Source: Candidatus Poriferihabitaceae bacterium
Lineage (GTDB): Bacteria; Pseudomonadota; Gammaproteobacteria; Arenicellales; Poriferihabitantaceae
NCBI GenBank assembly: GCA_965249035.1
Contig: CBDFKV010000006.1
Location: 153,609 to 217,608, forward strand
Direction of reading: 5' to 3'
Length of the DNA stretch: 64,000 bases
The notes below the pieces were generated by a model. It had not been told where the DNA came from. It searched no databases and saw only the letters and a list, made by a program, of their open reading frames with translations. Each line of letters starts with the position of its first letter. The stretch's first letter is position 1. The translations under genes were made by a program, and so were the position numbers. Of this stretch, positions 47,634 to 56,809 are shown one piece after another.

Positions 47634-49121
47634 TTAGCGGCGGGCCTGACCAATAAAACGACCAACACCATCGGGTCGTGGTAACGCAGCGTGGTCTGCA
47701 GCGATTTGCAAAGCGACCTCTGATACGCTCGCTTCGGGTTCTGTAGCTTGACGAGTCTCCAGGCTCACATGAATCAGCATATGCTCTCCCGTCGCCAGCA
47801 AGCGCCCATCTTCATGATGCAGACTGTGAACCACATGTAGCTTTTTGCCTTTTGCATCTAAAACTAATGTTTTAACGGTAACCCGCTCATCTGCCGTGGT
47901 TTCGTCCACGTGCTGAATGTGAGTCTCAGCGGTAAAGTAAGAGCCCGTGGTTTTAATGTACTCAGCTCCCACGCCAATTATGCGCATTAGTGCATCGGAT
48001 GCGTCGCTAAAGCATTGTAAATATCGGCTTTCATTCATATGGCCGTTATAGTCGGTCCACTCGGGTGGAACACGCCGATTAACCGTTTCGATCGCCTGAT
48101 TTGTGTCAATTTTCCGTGTTTGGATTTGCTGATCCATATCCGCAAACAATTGCTTTTCATACGCATCCAAGCTTAATCCAGCACCCCAGGAGTTGTGTTG
48201 CAAAGCCTGCATGATAGCGACTAGATTGTCATCACGTATCTGCTCAAGTTCACGAATACTATAAGCGCCAGATTGGGCATCGGACTGACTGCTGATCTTG
48301 TCAACTAGTTCCTCATCCAGCTCTGGCACATTCATTAGTCGGGTCCAAGGCCATTGTAACGTCGGACCAAATTGTGCCAAAAAATGGCTCATGCCCGCTT
48401 CACCACCGGCAATCCGGTAGGTTTCAAATAAACCCATTTGGGCCCAGCGCAAACCAAAACCAAAACGGATGACATCATCTATATCTTCTGTCGTGGCGAC
48501 ACCATCTTTAACCAGCCATAGCGACTCGCGCCAAACCGACTCCAACAAGCGATCGGCAACAAATGCTTCAATTTCTTTTTTGACCCGTAGTGGCCGCATA
48601 CCGAGATATTGAGTGATCTGCTCGACTCGGTCGAGTGAGCTGCTGTCGGTTTGTTTACCCGCGACCAACTCAACCATTGGCAGTAGATAAACCGGGTTAA
48701 ATGGATGGGCAACCAAAAGCCGCCCCGGAACACGCATATTGGCTTGCAAGTCACTCGGCATAATGCCTGAAGTAGATGAGGTGATCAGTGCATCATCGGC
48801 GACGGCTGATTCAATCTCAGCATAAACCGCTTGCTTGATGCCCAAATGCTCGGGCACGGATTCGACAATCAGCTCGGCATCACGCACCGCATCAGCCAGT
48901 GTTGTTTCAAAGGTTAAGGTGCCAGGGGTACGGCGCGGCGCGGCGGTCAGCTTGTTGAGTGCCCGCTCTGCATTGGCGAGCACCTCATTGATTTTTCGTT
49001 GTGCGTCGACGTCCGGATCGAATACGGCCACATCGATGCCGTTCAATAACAAGCGTGCGGCCCAGCCGGCACCGATAACACCACCGCCAATAATAGCCGC
49101 TTTTGAGATAGGTTGACTCAT
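47634..49121 (-). CDS. L-carnitine dehydrogenase (3-hydroxyacyl-CoA dehydrogenase fold) fused to a C-terminal hotdog-type thioesterase domain
   Basis: Start taken at ATG 49121 (MSQPISKAAIIGGGVIGAGWA...), preceded by gaggt. The N-terminal ~320 aa is HAD-family; the C-terminal ~160 aa (...PPEWTDYNGHMNESRYLQCFSDASD...) looks like a 4HBT-type thioesterase. Confidence 0.75.
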   Translation of the reverse strand: MSQPISKAAIIGGGVIGAGWAARLLLNGIDVAVFDPDVDAQRKINEVLANAERALNKLTAAPRRTPGTLTFETTLADAVRDAELIVESVPEHLGIKQAVYAEIESAVADDALITSSTSGIMPSDLQANMRVPGRLLVAHPFNPVYLLPMVELVAGKQTDSSSLDRVEQITQYLGMRPLRVKKEIEAFVADRLLESVWRESLWLVKDGVATTEDIDDVIRFGFGLRWAQMGLFETYRIAGGEAGMSHFLAQFGPTLQWPWTRLMNVPELDEELVDKISSQSDAQSGAYSIRELEQIRDDNLVAIMQALQHNSWGAGLSLDAYEKQLFADMDQQIQTRKIDTNQAIETVNRRVPPEWTDYNGHMNESRYLQCFSDASDALMRIIGVGAEYIKTTGSYFTAETHIQHVDETTADERVTVKTLVLDAKGKKLHVVHSLHHEDGRLLATGEHMLIHVSLETRQATEPEASVSEVALQIAADHAALPRPDGVGRFIGQARR

Positions 49122-49125
49122 AGGC

Positions 49126-50043
49126 TTACCTCGCACTCGGCGCGCGTTTTCGCAGCTTCAATAGATCGCGAACTTCTTGTGGCCCCATAATCTGTGCGCC
49201 CATCTGACTAACGACGGTTGCCGCTTTTTCAACCAGCTGCGCATTACTGGCCAGCTCACCTTTGCCAAGCCACAAATTATCCTCCAAACCCACCCGCACA
49301 TTACCGCCCGCGAGCATTGCTGCGGCAGCATAGGGCATTTGATTGCGACCGATAGAAAAGGCTGAGAAAGTCCAGCTTGGCGGCATGTTGTTCACCATCG
49401 CCATCAACGTATTCAGATCGTCTGGCGCACCCCAAGGAATTCCCATGCAGAGTTGAATCATAACCGGATCTTCGATAATGCCCTCTTCTGCCAATTGTTT
49501 CGCAAACCAAAGGTGGCCGGTATCAAACGCCTCAATTTCCGGACGAACCCCCAAGTCGGTCATCATCTGGCCCATTGCCCGCAGCATTGATGGTGTATTA
49601 ACCATCACATAATCGGCTTCGGCAAAATTCATGGTACCGCAATCAAGTGTTGCGATTTCCGGCAAGCAGTCGATGATAGGTGCCATACGCTCGCTTGCAC
49701 CCACCATATCGGTATTCACTTGATTCAACGGCAATGGTGCTTCAGCAGAGCCAACCACCAGATCACCACCCATTCCCGCCGTCAGGTTTAGCACTACGTC
49801 GGTGTCGCTATCACGTATTCTTTCGGTGACTTCACGGTACAAATCAAGCCTTCGGCTGGGCACTCCCGTGTCCGGATCACGCACGTGGCAATGAACCACG
49901 GCCGCACCCGCGCGCGCTGCGTCAATGGCAGCATTGGCTATTTGCTCCGGACTCCGTGGCACGTGGGGCGAGCGGTCCTGGGTTGAACCGCTACCGGTAA
50001 CAGCGCAGGTGATAAATAACTGTTTACTGGCGTGTAGTGGCAT
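49126..50043 (-). CDS. beta-keto acid cleavage enzyme (BKACE/DUF849), dehydrocarnitine cleavage enzyme-like
   Basis: 305 aa with LFITCAVTGSGS...PRSPEQIANAAIDAARAGAAVVHCHVRD, typical of BKACE TIM-barrel enzymes. Confidence 0.8.
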   Translation of the reverse strand: MPLHASKQLFITCAVTGSGSTQDRSPHVPRSPEQIANAAIDAARAGAAVVHCHVRDPDTGVPSRRLDLYREVTERIRDSDTDVVLNLTAGMGGDLVVGSAEAPLPLNQVNTDMVGASERMAPIIDCLPEIATLDCGTMNFAEADYVMVNTPSMLRAMGQMMTDLGVRPEIEAFDTGHLWFAKQLAEEGIIEDPVMIQLCMGIPWGAPDDLNTLMAMVNNMPPSWTFSAFSIGRNQMPYAAAAMLAGGNVRVGLEDNLWLGKGELASNAQLVEKAATVVSQMGAQIMGPQEVRDLLKLRKRAPSAR

Positions 50044-50135
50044 AAGAGCATTCCGAAATTATTAGCAGGGTGTATTGATAGTAGTCTCGACTTCAACGCA
50101 CATATTAACGATAATAGCCAAATGCTTAACAATTC

Positions 50136-51185
50136 ATGCCAAATCTAACGTTGTCTAACCCCTCGTTACCCCCTCGCTCTCCTCAGCCTATCAGGTCGAT
50201 TCAAGTCGGATTTTTCGTGGTCAATGGATTTTCTATGATGTGCTTTGCCAATGCAGTCGAGCCACTCAGAGCGGCCAATATGATTTTAGGTGAGCATTTG
50301 TTTCAGCGCACCATCATTACGCCAGATGGCAAGCCGGTCAGTTCTTCCAGCAACCTACACCTACTGGCCGACCAAACACCCACTCCTCACCTCCCATTAG
50401 ATTGGCTATTTGTCATCGCCAGCTACGATTATCAACGGCAGGCAGACAAACTAACGGTGTCTGCCATTCGTCAATTGAGCCGCAACGTAAAAGTGCTCGG
50501 AAGCTTAGACTGTGGCAGTTGGTTATTGGCCGAAGCGGGACTGCTGAACCATCACAGTGCAACCATCCACTGGCAGGAACTCGCGCTATTTGAAGAGCGC
50601 TTTCAGCAAATCAAGGTGAGCGATCAACGCTATGTGATTAGCAAAGCTAGAGTGAGTGCGGGTGGTGCGGTCGCCACACTCGACCTAATGCTTGAGCTGA
50701 TCCGTGAACAGTGTGGTAAGCGTTTGTTTTTCGATGTGAGAAATTTATTTCTGCATGACGTCTCACAACCCGGCAACCGTCGCCAGCAGCGCCATAGTTT
50801 GCTTGAAGACTCACCACCTAGTTTGGTTAAGGCGATCAATCTAATGGAAGCAACAATAGAAAACCCATTGCCGCTGGCCGAAATAAGCACCCAAGTTTCG
50901 ATATCATTGCGCACACTCAATCGCCTATTTAAACAACAAGTTGGCTCAAGCCCCGGACAATACTATTTGCATTTGCGCCTAAAAGCCGCACGTCGCTTAA
51001 TTGCTGAAACGCGCCTTGGAATAACCGATATTTCGATCCGCTGCGGTTTTAATTCCCTACAGGCATTTAGCCGCGCCTTCAAACTGAAATTCGGAACCTC
51101 ACCTAAAAGTGCACGCCGAGGGCGGATGATTTTGCAGAAGACAAAGCAGTTAACTCATGGGGCAACTAAAATGAGACCCTATTAG
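50136..51185 (+). CDS. GlxA-family transcriptional regulator (DJ-1/PfpI-like N-domain + AraC HTH), CdhR-like
   Basis: 349 aa with a C-terminal AraC-type HTH (ISIRCGFNSLQAFSRAFKLKFGTSP). Divergent from the carnitine operon. Confidence 0.8.
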   Translation: MPNLTLSNPSLPPRSPQPIRSIQVGFFVVNGFSMMCFANAVEPLRAANMILGEHLFQRTIITPDGKPVSSSSNLHLLADQTPTPHLPLDWLFVIASYDYQRQADKLTVSAIRQLSRNVKVLGSLDCGSWLLAEAGLLNHHSATIHWQELALFEERFQQIKVSDQRYVISKARVSAGGAVATLDLMLELIREQCGKRLFFDVRNLFLHDVSQPGNRRQQRHSLLEDSPPSLVKAINLMEATIENPLPLAEISTQVSISLRTLNRLFKQQVGSSPGQYYLHLRLKAARRLIAETRLGITDISIRCGFNSLQAFSRAFKLKFGTSPKSARRGRMILQKTKQLTHGATKMRPY

Positions 51186-51197
51186 TTATCGATGCAC

Positions 51198-52715
51198 TCA
51201 GGGTTCGCTTCTGGGAAAGCGCTGGCTCTCTTCCAGCACATTTAAATCCATATGGTTGCGCATATAGCGTTCCGATGCGTGCTGAACGGGTTCAAATTCC
51301 CACGGAGTATATTTGCCTTGCGTAAGCGCTTCATACACTAACCAGCGCCGCGCTTGTGACTCACGCACCTCGGCATCAAAAGTGCCCAAATCCCAATAGG
51401 CTAATGATTTCTGTTTCAAGTCAGCCCTGACTTTGGCATGATTGGGATACTCAGCCAAGTTGGTTTTTTCTTGTGGGTCCGTTTGCAGATCAAACAGTTG
51501 ATCAGGATCCAGCTGGCAGCGATTATATTTCCAACGGCCCTCGCGCAGCGATACCATGGGGGCATAAGATGCCTCAGCGGCGTATTCCATGCGCACGGGC
51601 GCTGTCCTCTTGCCACCCTGCCCTAAAGGCAGCAAGCTTTCCCCTTCACTCCACGGTGCGATTTCATCCGCGGGTATATCGGCCAGATCAGCCAGTGTTG
51701 GCACGACGTCAATCGTTGAGACTGGGTCGGTAACCAATCCCGGCGCCATTTGTGGCGCGGAGATCATCAATGGCACCCGTGCAGAACCCTCAAAAAAGCT
51801 CATCTTAAACCACAACCCTTTTTCACCCAGCATGTCACCGTGATCAGCCACAAAGACAATACTGGTGTTTTGTGTTTGACGCGTCTCTTCCAAAACCTTA
51901 AGTATTTTCCCTATCTTTTCATCAAGATACGAGATGTTTGCAAAATAAGCCTGACGTGCGCGGCGTACCTGCTTAGCAGTAATTTTAAAACGACTATAAT
52001 CATTGGCAAGCATGATACGCTGCGAATGAGGATCATAGTCTTTGAAGTCGTAAGCACCTTCTTGTGGTTTCAAAAAAGCACAATCATCATACAACCCCCA
52101 AAACTGACGACGCGCGACATAAGGATCATGTGGATGCGTAAAGCTAACCGTCAGCGACCACGGTCGCTCATCTAAACCGCGGCTCAGCTGGTAAATCTTC
52201 TGGACCGCAGAAGCAGCTACCTCATCGTCAAATTCCAGCTGGTTAGTAATCTCCGCAACACCTGCGTCCGTCACCGAAGCCATGTTGTGATACCACCAAT
52301 CGATTCGTTCTCCGGGTTTACGATAATCGGGAGTCCAACCAAAATCAGCGGGATAAATATCGGTGGTTAAGCGCTCTTCAAAGCCGTGTAACTGATCGGG
52401 GCCAACGAAATGCATCTTACCGGCTAGACAGGTGTAATACCCAGCGCGACGTAGATGATGCGCGTAAGTCGGCAAGTCGGCAGAAAACTCGGCAGCGTTG
52501 TCATAGACTTTGGTGCGTGAAGGCAACTGCCCAGTCATGAAACTCGCCCGTGATGGCGTGCACAACGGCGAGGCGGTATAGGCATTCTGAAAGCGCGTAG
52601 ACTTGGCTGCCAGGGCCTTGAGATGGGGTGTATGTAACCATTCAGCCGGGCCGTCAGGAAACAAGGTGCCGTTCAACTGGTCAACCATAATAACCAGGAT
52701 GTTAGGCTTGCGCAT
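51198..52715 (-). CDS. betC: choline-O-sulfate sulfatase
   Basis: Sulfatase signature SPLCTPSRASFMTG (Cys-type formylglycine motif), N-terminal KPNILVIMVDQL, about 505 aa, resembling BetC. Start taken at ATG 52715; the ORF-track start at 52730 is a TTG. Confidence 0.8.
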   Translation of the reverse strand: MRKPNILVIMVDQLNGTLFPDGPAEWLHTPHLKALAAKSTRFQNAYTASPLCTPSRASFMTGQLPSRTKVYDNAAEFSADLPTYAHHLRRAGYYTCLAGKMHFVGPDQLHGFEERLTTDIYPADFGWTPDYRKPGERIDWWYHNMASVTDAGVAEITNQLEFDDEVAASAVQKIYQLSRGLDERPWSLTVSFTHPHDPYVARRQFWGLYDDCAFLKPQEGAYDFKDYDPHSQRIMLANDYSRFKITAKQVRRARQAYFANISYLDEKIGKILKVLEETRQTQNTSIVFVADHGDMLGEKGLWFKMSFFEGSARVPLMISAPQMAPGLVTDPVSTIDVVPTLADLADIPADEIAPWSEGESLLPLGQGGKRTAPVRMEYAAEASYAPMVSLREGRWKYNRCQLDPDQLFDLQTDPQEKTNLAEYPNHAKVRADLKQKSLAYWDLGTFDAEVRESQARRWLVYEALTQGKYTPWEFEPVQHASERYMRNHMDLNVLEESQRFPRSEP

Positions 52716-52953
52716 GGTCAAATCATCCAATCTAAGTGTTGGTCGCAGTCAGCCTTTCAGTTGATCAACCAATTGCTTCAATGCGGCGATTTCAGAACTC
52801 ATTTCCGGTTGAACGGGATCAAGTTCAGATAAAATTTGCTGCCCAAGCTCTTTTCTGGAAAACATATTCATAACCGACTGGATCCGGTGAGTCTATAGCT
52901 CCGGAGGCCGTCGAAAACATACGTTGCGGTGAATGATTGTAAAATATTTACCC

Positions 52954-54612
52954 TTATATATCTGTTGCACCCTCACCGTTATCTACCCCGCGCTCTTCAA
53001 GCAAGGTAGTCAGCCATTCTGGATCCATTTCGGGCACAGACGAGAGCAATAAATCGGTATAGGGCTTATGAGGTGGTGTAAACATATCGTCTTTAGGTCC
53101 TTGCTCAATGATTTTTCCTTGTTGCATCACGACCACGTAATCCGCGATTGAGCGCACAGTTGCAAGATCATGCGTAATAAACATGTAGGCCAGATCCAGA
53201 TCATCCTGCAAATCGCTCAGCAAGCGCAAGATGCCTTCTGCGACAAGTTGATCCAGAGCGCTGGTGACCTCATCGCAGACGATAAAAGTGGGTTCCGCAG
53301 CGAGCGTGCGCGCGATGCCGATTCTCTGCTTCTGACCACCTGACAACTCGCCAGGATAGCGGTGGTAGTATTTCTTGGGTTCAAGCTCGATCAAATCAAG
53401 CAATTCATCAACGCGTTTTTTGAGCGCTGTGCCTTTAAGCCCACTATAAAAAGCAGCGGGCCTGCCAATGATTTCACCAATACGTGTTTTTGGGTTCAGG
53501 GCGGTATCTGCCATTTGGTAAATCATTTGCGCCTGTCGCAATTGATCTTTTGTTCGATCCTGATAACGCGGCGGTAACTCTTTGCCATTAAATGATACGG
53601 TGCCTTTCATTTGCGGCAGTAAACCTGTTATGACACGTGCCGCTGTCGATTTACCCGAACCGGATTCGCCCACCACTGCAACTGTGCGCCCGGCATAGAT
53701 ATCAAATGAAATATCTTTGAGGATTAATATTTCGCCATCATAGGATGCATCCACATTCTTCATTGAGACAACGGGTACAGCATCCGCGGGTGGCGGTGGC
53801 TTTTGTTCGCGTCTGAAATCGCGAACGGCCCAGAGTGATTTGGTGTAGTCTTTTTTGGGTGAATCGAGCATGGTTTTAGTATCCGCTGTCTCCACTTCAT
53901 CACCACGCAACAGCACTTTTATCCGATCGGCCATTTGCGCTACCACCGCAAGATCGTGCGTAATATAAATCGCCGCCGTATTAAATTGATCAACAATATC
54001 ACGGATTGCAGCTAACACTTCAATCTGTGTCGTTACATCCAGTGCGGTAGTCGGCTCGTCAAATATGATTAAATCTGGTCGACAGCTCATTGCCATCGCA
54101 GTCATCGCGCGTTGTAATTGCCCGCCTGAGACCTGATGTGGATATCGAAAACCTATTTCCTCGGGGTTGGGTAATCGTAAGCGACGATACAGATCAATCG
54201 CATCTTCTTGGCTTTCCGTCCGTTTACGTATTCGATACTGAACGGGTGCCTCGGTGTGCTGGTCGATCAGGCGATGCGAGGGATTGAAAGAAGCCGCTGC
54301 AGATTGTGCGACGTAGGCAATACGTGAGCTTCGGAGCGCCCTTAAATCTGCTCGTGGTGTTGAGGTTAACTCAAGGCCATCGAACTCCACACTACCGCCT
54401 GATATCTTACAGCCGTCACGTGCAAAACCCATTGCCGCCAGTCCAATGGTTGATTTGCCAGCACCCGACTCACCAATCAAGCCGAGCACTTCTCCTCGGT
54501 GTAGGTCTAAATCAATACCGTGAACGATTTCAAACCACTTATCATCAGCGAAGGCTTCCAGACGTAAGCCTCTAATTTTCAGTAAAATGTCTTTGTCGTC
54601 TTTTATTGCCAT
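52954..54612 (-). CDS. ABC transporter ATP-binding protein with duplicated ATPase domains (peptide/opine/nickel family)
   Basis: 552 aa with two Walker A motifs (GESGAGKST, GESGSGKST) and two signature motifs (VSGGQLQR, LSGGQKQR). Confidence 0.85.
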   Translation of the reverse strand: MAIKDDKDILLKIRGLRLEAFADDKWFEIVHGIDLDLHRGEVLGLIGESGAGKSTIGLAAMGFARDGCKISGGSVEFDGLELTSTPRADLRALRSSRIAYVAQSAAASFNPSHRLIDQHTEAPVQYRIRKRTESQEDAIDLYRRLRLPNPEEIGFRYPHQVSGGQLQRAMTAMAMSCRPDLIIFDEPTTALDVTTQIEVLAAIRDIVDQFNTAAIYITHDLAVVAQMADRIKVLLRGDEVETADTKTMLDSPKKDYTKSLWAVRDFRREQKPPPPADAVPVVSMKNVDASYDGEILILKDISFDIYAGRTVAVVGESGSGKSTAARVITGLLPQMKGTVSFNGKELPPRYQDRTKDQLRQAQMIYQMADTALNPKTRIGEIIGRPAAFYSGLKGTALKKRVDELLDLIELEPKKYYHRYPGELSGGQKQRIGIARTLAAEPTFIVCDEVTSALDQLVAEGILRLLSDLQDDLDLAYMFITHDLATVRSIADYVVVMQQGKIIEQGPKDDMFTPPHKPYTDLLLSSVPEMDPEWLTTLLEERGVDNGEGATDI

Positions 54613-54631
54613 TGCGAATTCCTCTCCTAAA

Positions 54632-55693
54632 TTAGTTTTTCAATCCAGAGGATCGATAAAGCATCCAGTCAACCACAAAGTTAACTGAAACAGTTAGCAA
54701 TGCGATTGCGCCCGCGGGAATGAGGGGAACGATCTCGCCAAATGAAATAAGGGTTGAGTTTTCTCTCACCATCGACCCCCAATCAGCGGTTGGCGGTTGC
54801 AGACCAAGGCCCAGAAATGACAGGCCGGATATGAGTAGAAATACGAAACAAAACCGCAAGCCAAATTCTGCGATTAAAGGCGCTGCGGCGTTGGGCAATA
54901 TTTCACGTAGAATTAAATGCCAGGTTTTTTCGCCACGCAATTTTGCCGCTTCAATATAGTCCATTACGACAATATTTCCCGCTACCGCCCGAGCTAACCT
55001 GAATACAGGTGGCACGTATAAAAATGCAATCACCAATGTTAGCACGATAATATTTGTGCCAAAAATACTCAACAATAACAGCGAGAAAATCAGGCTCGGA
55101 ATTGACATGAACACGTCTACCGTGCGCGACAATGCCTGATCCATAAATCCACCTTTAGTCGCTGCCATCAATCCCAGACTGGTGCCTGCGAAAAAGGCTA
55201 GAATAGTCGTTACCAATGCTAAGCCAACTGTATTGCGCGCGCCGTAAACCAAGCGGCTAAACATATCCCGCCCGAGTTGGTCACCTCCAAGCAACATAAC
55301 ATCATCTGCGGGTGCAAAAGCAGAGCCAACCACTTCAGCCTGCCCAAACGGTGCGATGATCGGCGCAAAAACGGCTGCGATCATATAAATCATGATCATA
55401 AACAAGCCAAACGTCGCGGTCAGCGGTGCATTTCTAACCGCTTTGGAGCCTCCTCTCGGCAACACAATGGTCAGAAACTCTCTAAAACTATACGCGATTC
55501 CCGCTGCAGCGGCGATAATGCCCGCTGCAATAGTGATGCGCCACAAGGCAGCCTCACCGCCAATAATCCCCACGATAAAGGAGACTAGTGTCAGTGAAAA
55601 CAGCAGTAAAAATGCGGAGCGGTTTTGGTAATAAGCTGCTACGCACGATGCGCCAATAATTAAAGCGAAATATCCAATAACAAAATAACTCAT
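54632..55693 (-). CDS. ABC transporter permease (DppC/OppC-like) with N-terminal extension
   Basis: 353 aa, polytopic, with an EAA-type loop (...YIEAAKLRGEKTWHLILREILPNAAAPLI). Confidence 0.8.
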   Translation of the reverse strand: MSYFVIGYFALIIGASCVAAYYQNRSAFLLLFSLTLVSFIVGIIGGEAALWRITIAAGIIAAAAGIAYSFREFLTIVLPRGGSKAVRNAPLTATFGLFMIMIYMIAAVFAPIIAPFGQAEVVGSAFAPADDVMLLGGDQLGRDMFSRLVYGARNTVGLALVTTILAFFAGTSLGLMAATKGGFMDQALSRTVDVFMSIPSLIFSLLLLSIFGTNIIVLTLVIAFLYVPPVFRLARAVAGNIVVMDYIEAAKLRGEKTWHLILREILPNAAAPLIAEFGLRFCFVFLLISGLSFLGLGLQPPTADWGSMVRENSTLISFGEIVPLIPAGAIALLTVSVNFVVDWMLYRSSGLKN

Positions 55694-55703
55694 GATTCGC
55701 TCC

Positions 55704-56660
55704 TTATTTGGGGTGACGTAGACGTGGATTGGTCAGTATCGATCCAATATCTGCGATCAGATTCAGAACGATAAAAGTGGCGGCAAAAATCAAACAGCAG
55801 GCTGTCACCACCGCAAAATCGCGCTTTGATACGCTGTCCACTAATAGCTGCCCAATACCCGGGTAGACAAAAACCACTTCCACCAGTACCACGCCGGTGA
55901 TCAAATATGCGAGATTCAATGCCACCACATTAATGACGGGGGCTAGAGCGTTTGGTAGGGCATGATGGGTAATAATTTTTCCTTGCGGAACACCTTTTAA
56001 TCTCGCCATTTCAATATACGGAGAAGCAAGTAAACTGATGATGGCCGCTCGTGTCATGCGCATCATATGTGCTGTCACCACCAAAACCAGCGTTAAAGCT
56101 GGCAGGAACATTCGGTGCAGTTTCTCGGTGAGTCCCATGTCATCTGAGATACTGGCAATGGCTGGGAACCAAGGGTTCTTGACCGCCAAAAATAATACCA
56201 GGATATAGCCGACGAAAAACTCTGGCGAGGAAATTGAAGTTAATGTGACGACGTTCGCCACTCTGTCAAAAATTGAGTTTCGAAACAAGGCCGCCAAGAT
56301 CCCGAGGCCGATTGCAATGGGTACGGCTATTATTGCAGCATAAATAGCCAGGAACAGCGTATTCGCGAACCTTTTGCTGATGAGTTCAACCACCGGTTTA
56401 CCACTGATCAGAGAGGTTCCAAAATTACCTGTGACTGCATTCCCCAGCCATTCAAAATAGCGCACTGGCGCAGATCGATCTAAGCCCAGCTCGTTTCGAA
56501 GCGCTGCGACCGATTCTTCTGTGGCCGATTGACCGAGCACGGCTTGTGCCAAATCCCCTGGTAGCAGTTCAACTGCACCGAAGATGATAATCGACACCAC
56601 CAGCAGCGTAACTAGGCCTAATCCAAGCCGCTTAATAATAATTTGCAGAATATCGTTCAT
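55704..56660 (-). CDS. ABC transporter permease (DppB/OppB-like)
   Basis: 318 aa with ...YIEMARLKGVPQGKIITHHALPNALAPVI. Confidence 0.85.
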   Translation of the reverse strand: MNDILQIIIKRLGLGLVTLLVVSIIIFGAVELLPGDLAQAVLGQSATEESVAALRNELGLDRSAPVRYFEWLGNAVTGNFGTSLISGKPVVELISKRFANTLFLAIYAAIIAVPIAIGLGILAALFRNSIFDRVANVVTLTSISSPEFFVGYILVLFLAVKNPWFPAIASISDDMGLTEKLHRMFLPALTLVLVVTAHMMRMTRAAIISLLASPYIEMARLKGVPQGKIITHHALPNALAPVINVVALNLAYLITGVVLVEVVFVYPGIGQLLVDSVSKRDFAVVTACCLIFAATFIVLNLIADIGSILTNPRLRHPK

Positions 56661-56809
56661 GTTGTTCCTCTCGTGACAAGCGGTGCGGTTCGAGGTCCGC
56701 TTGATTTGGCAGGCTCAAAATACACCATCGCAATATTGAATATAGTGCGACGGTGTAGTGTGGCAGAGCGACTATATTTCATGCGCTCGACGAACTTACT
56801 ATTTGACTA

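Noticed and set aside
52749-52871. 40-aa minus-strand ORF (MNMFSRKELGQQILSELDPVQPEMSSEIAALKQLVDQLKG) in the gap between betC and the ABC ATPase gene
   Set aside because: It is too short to support from sequence alone, with no clear RBS or family. Noted only as a candidate small protein, testable by ribosome profiling or conservation.
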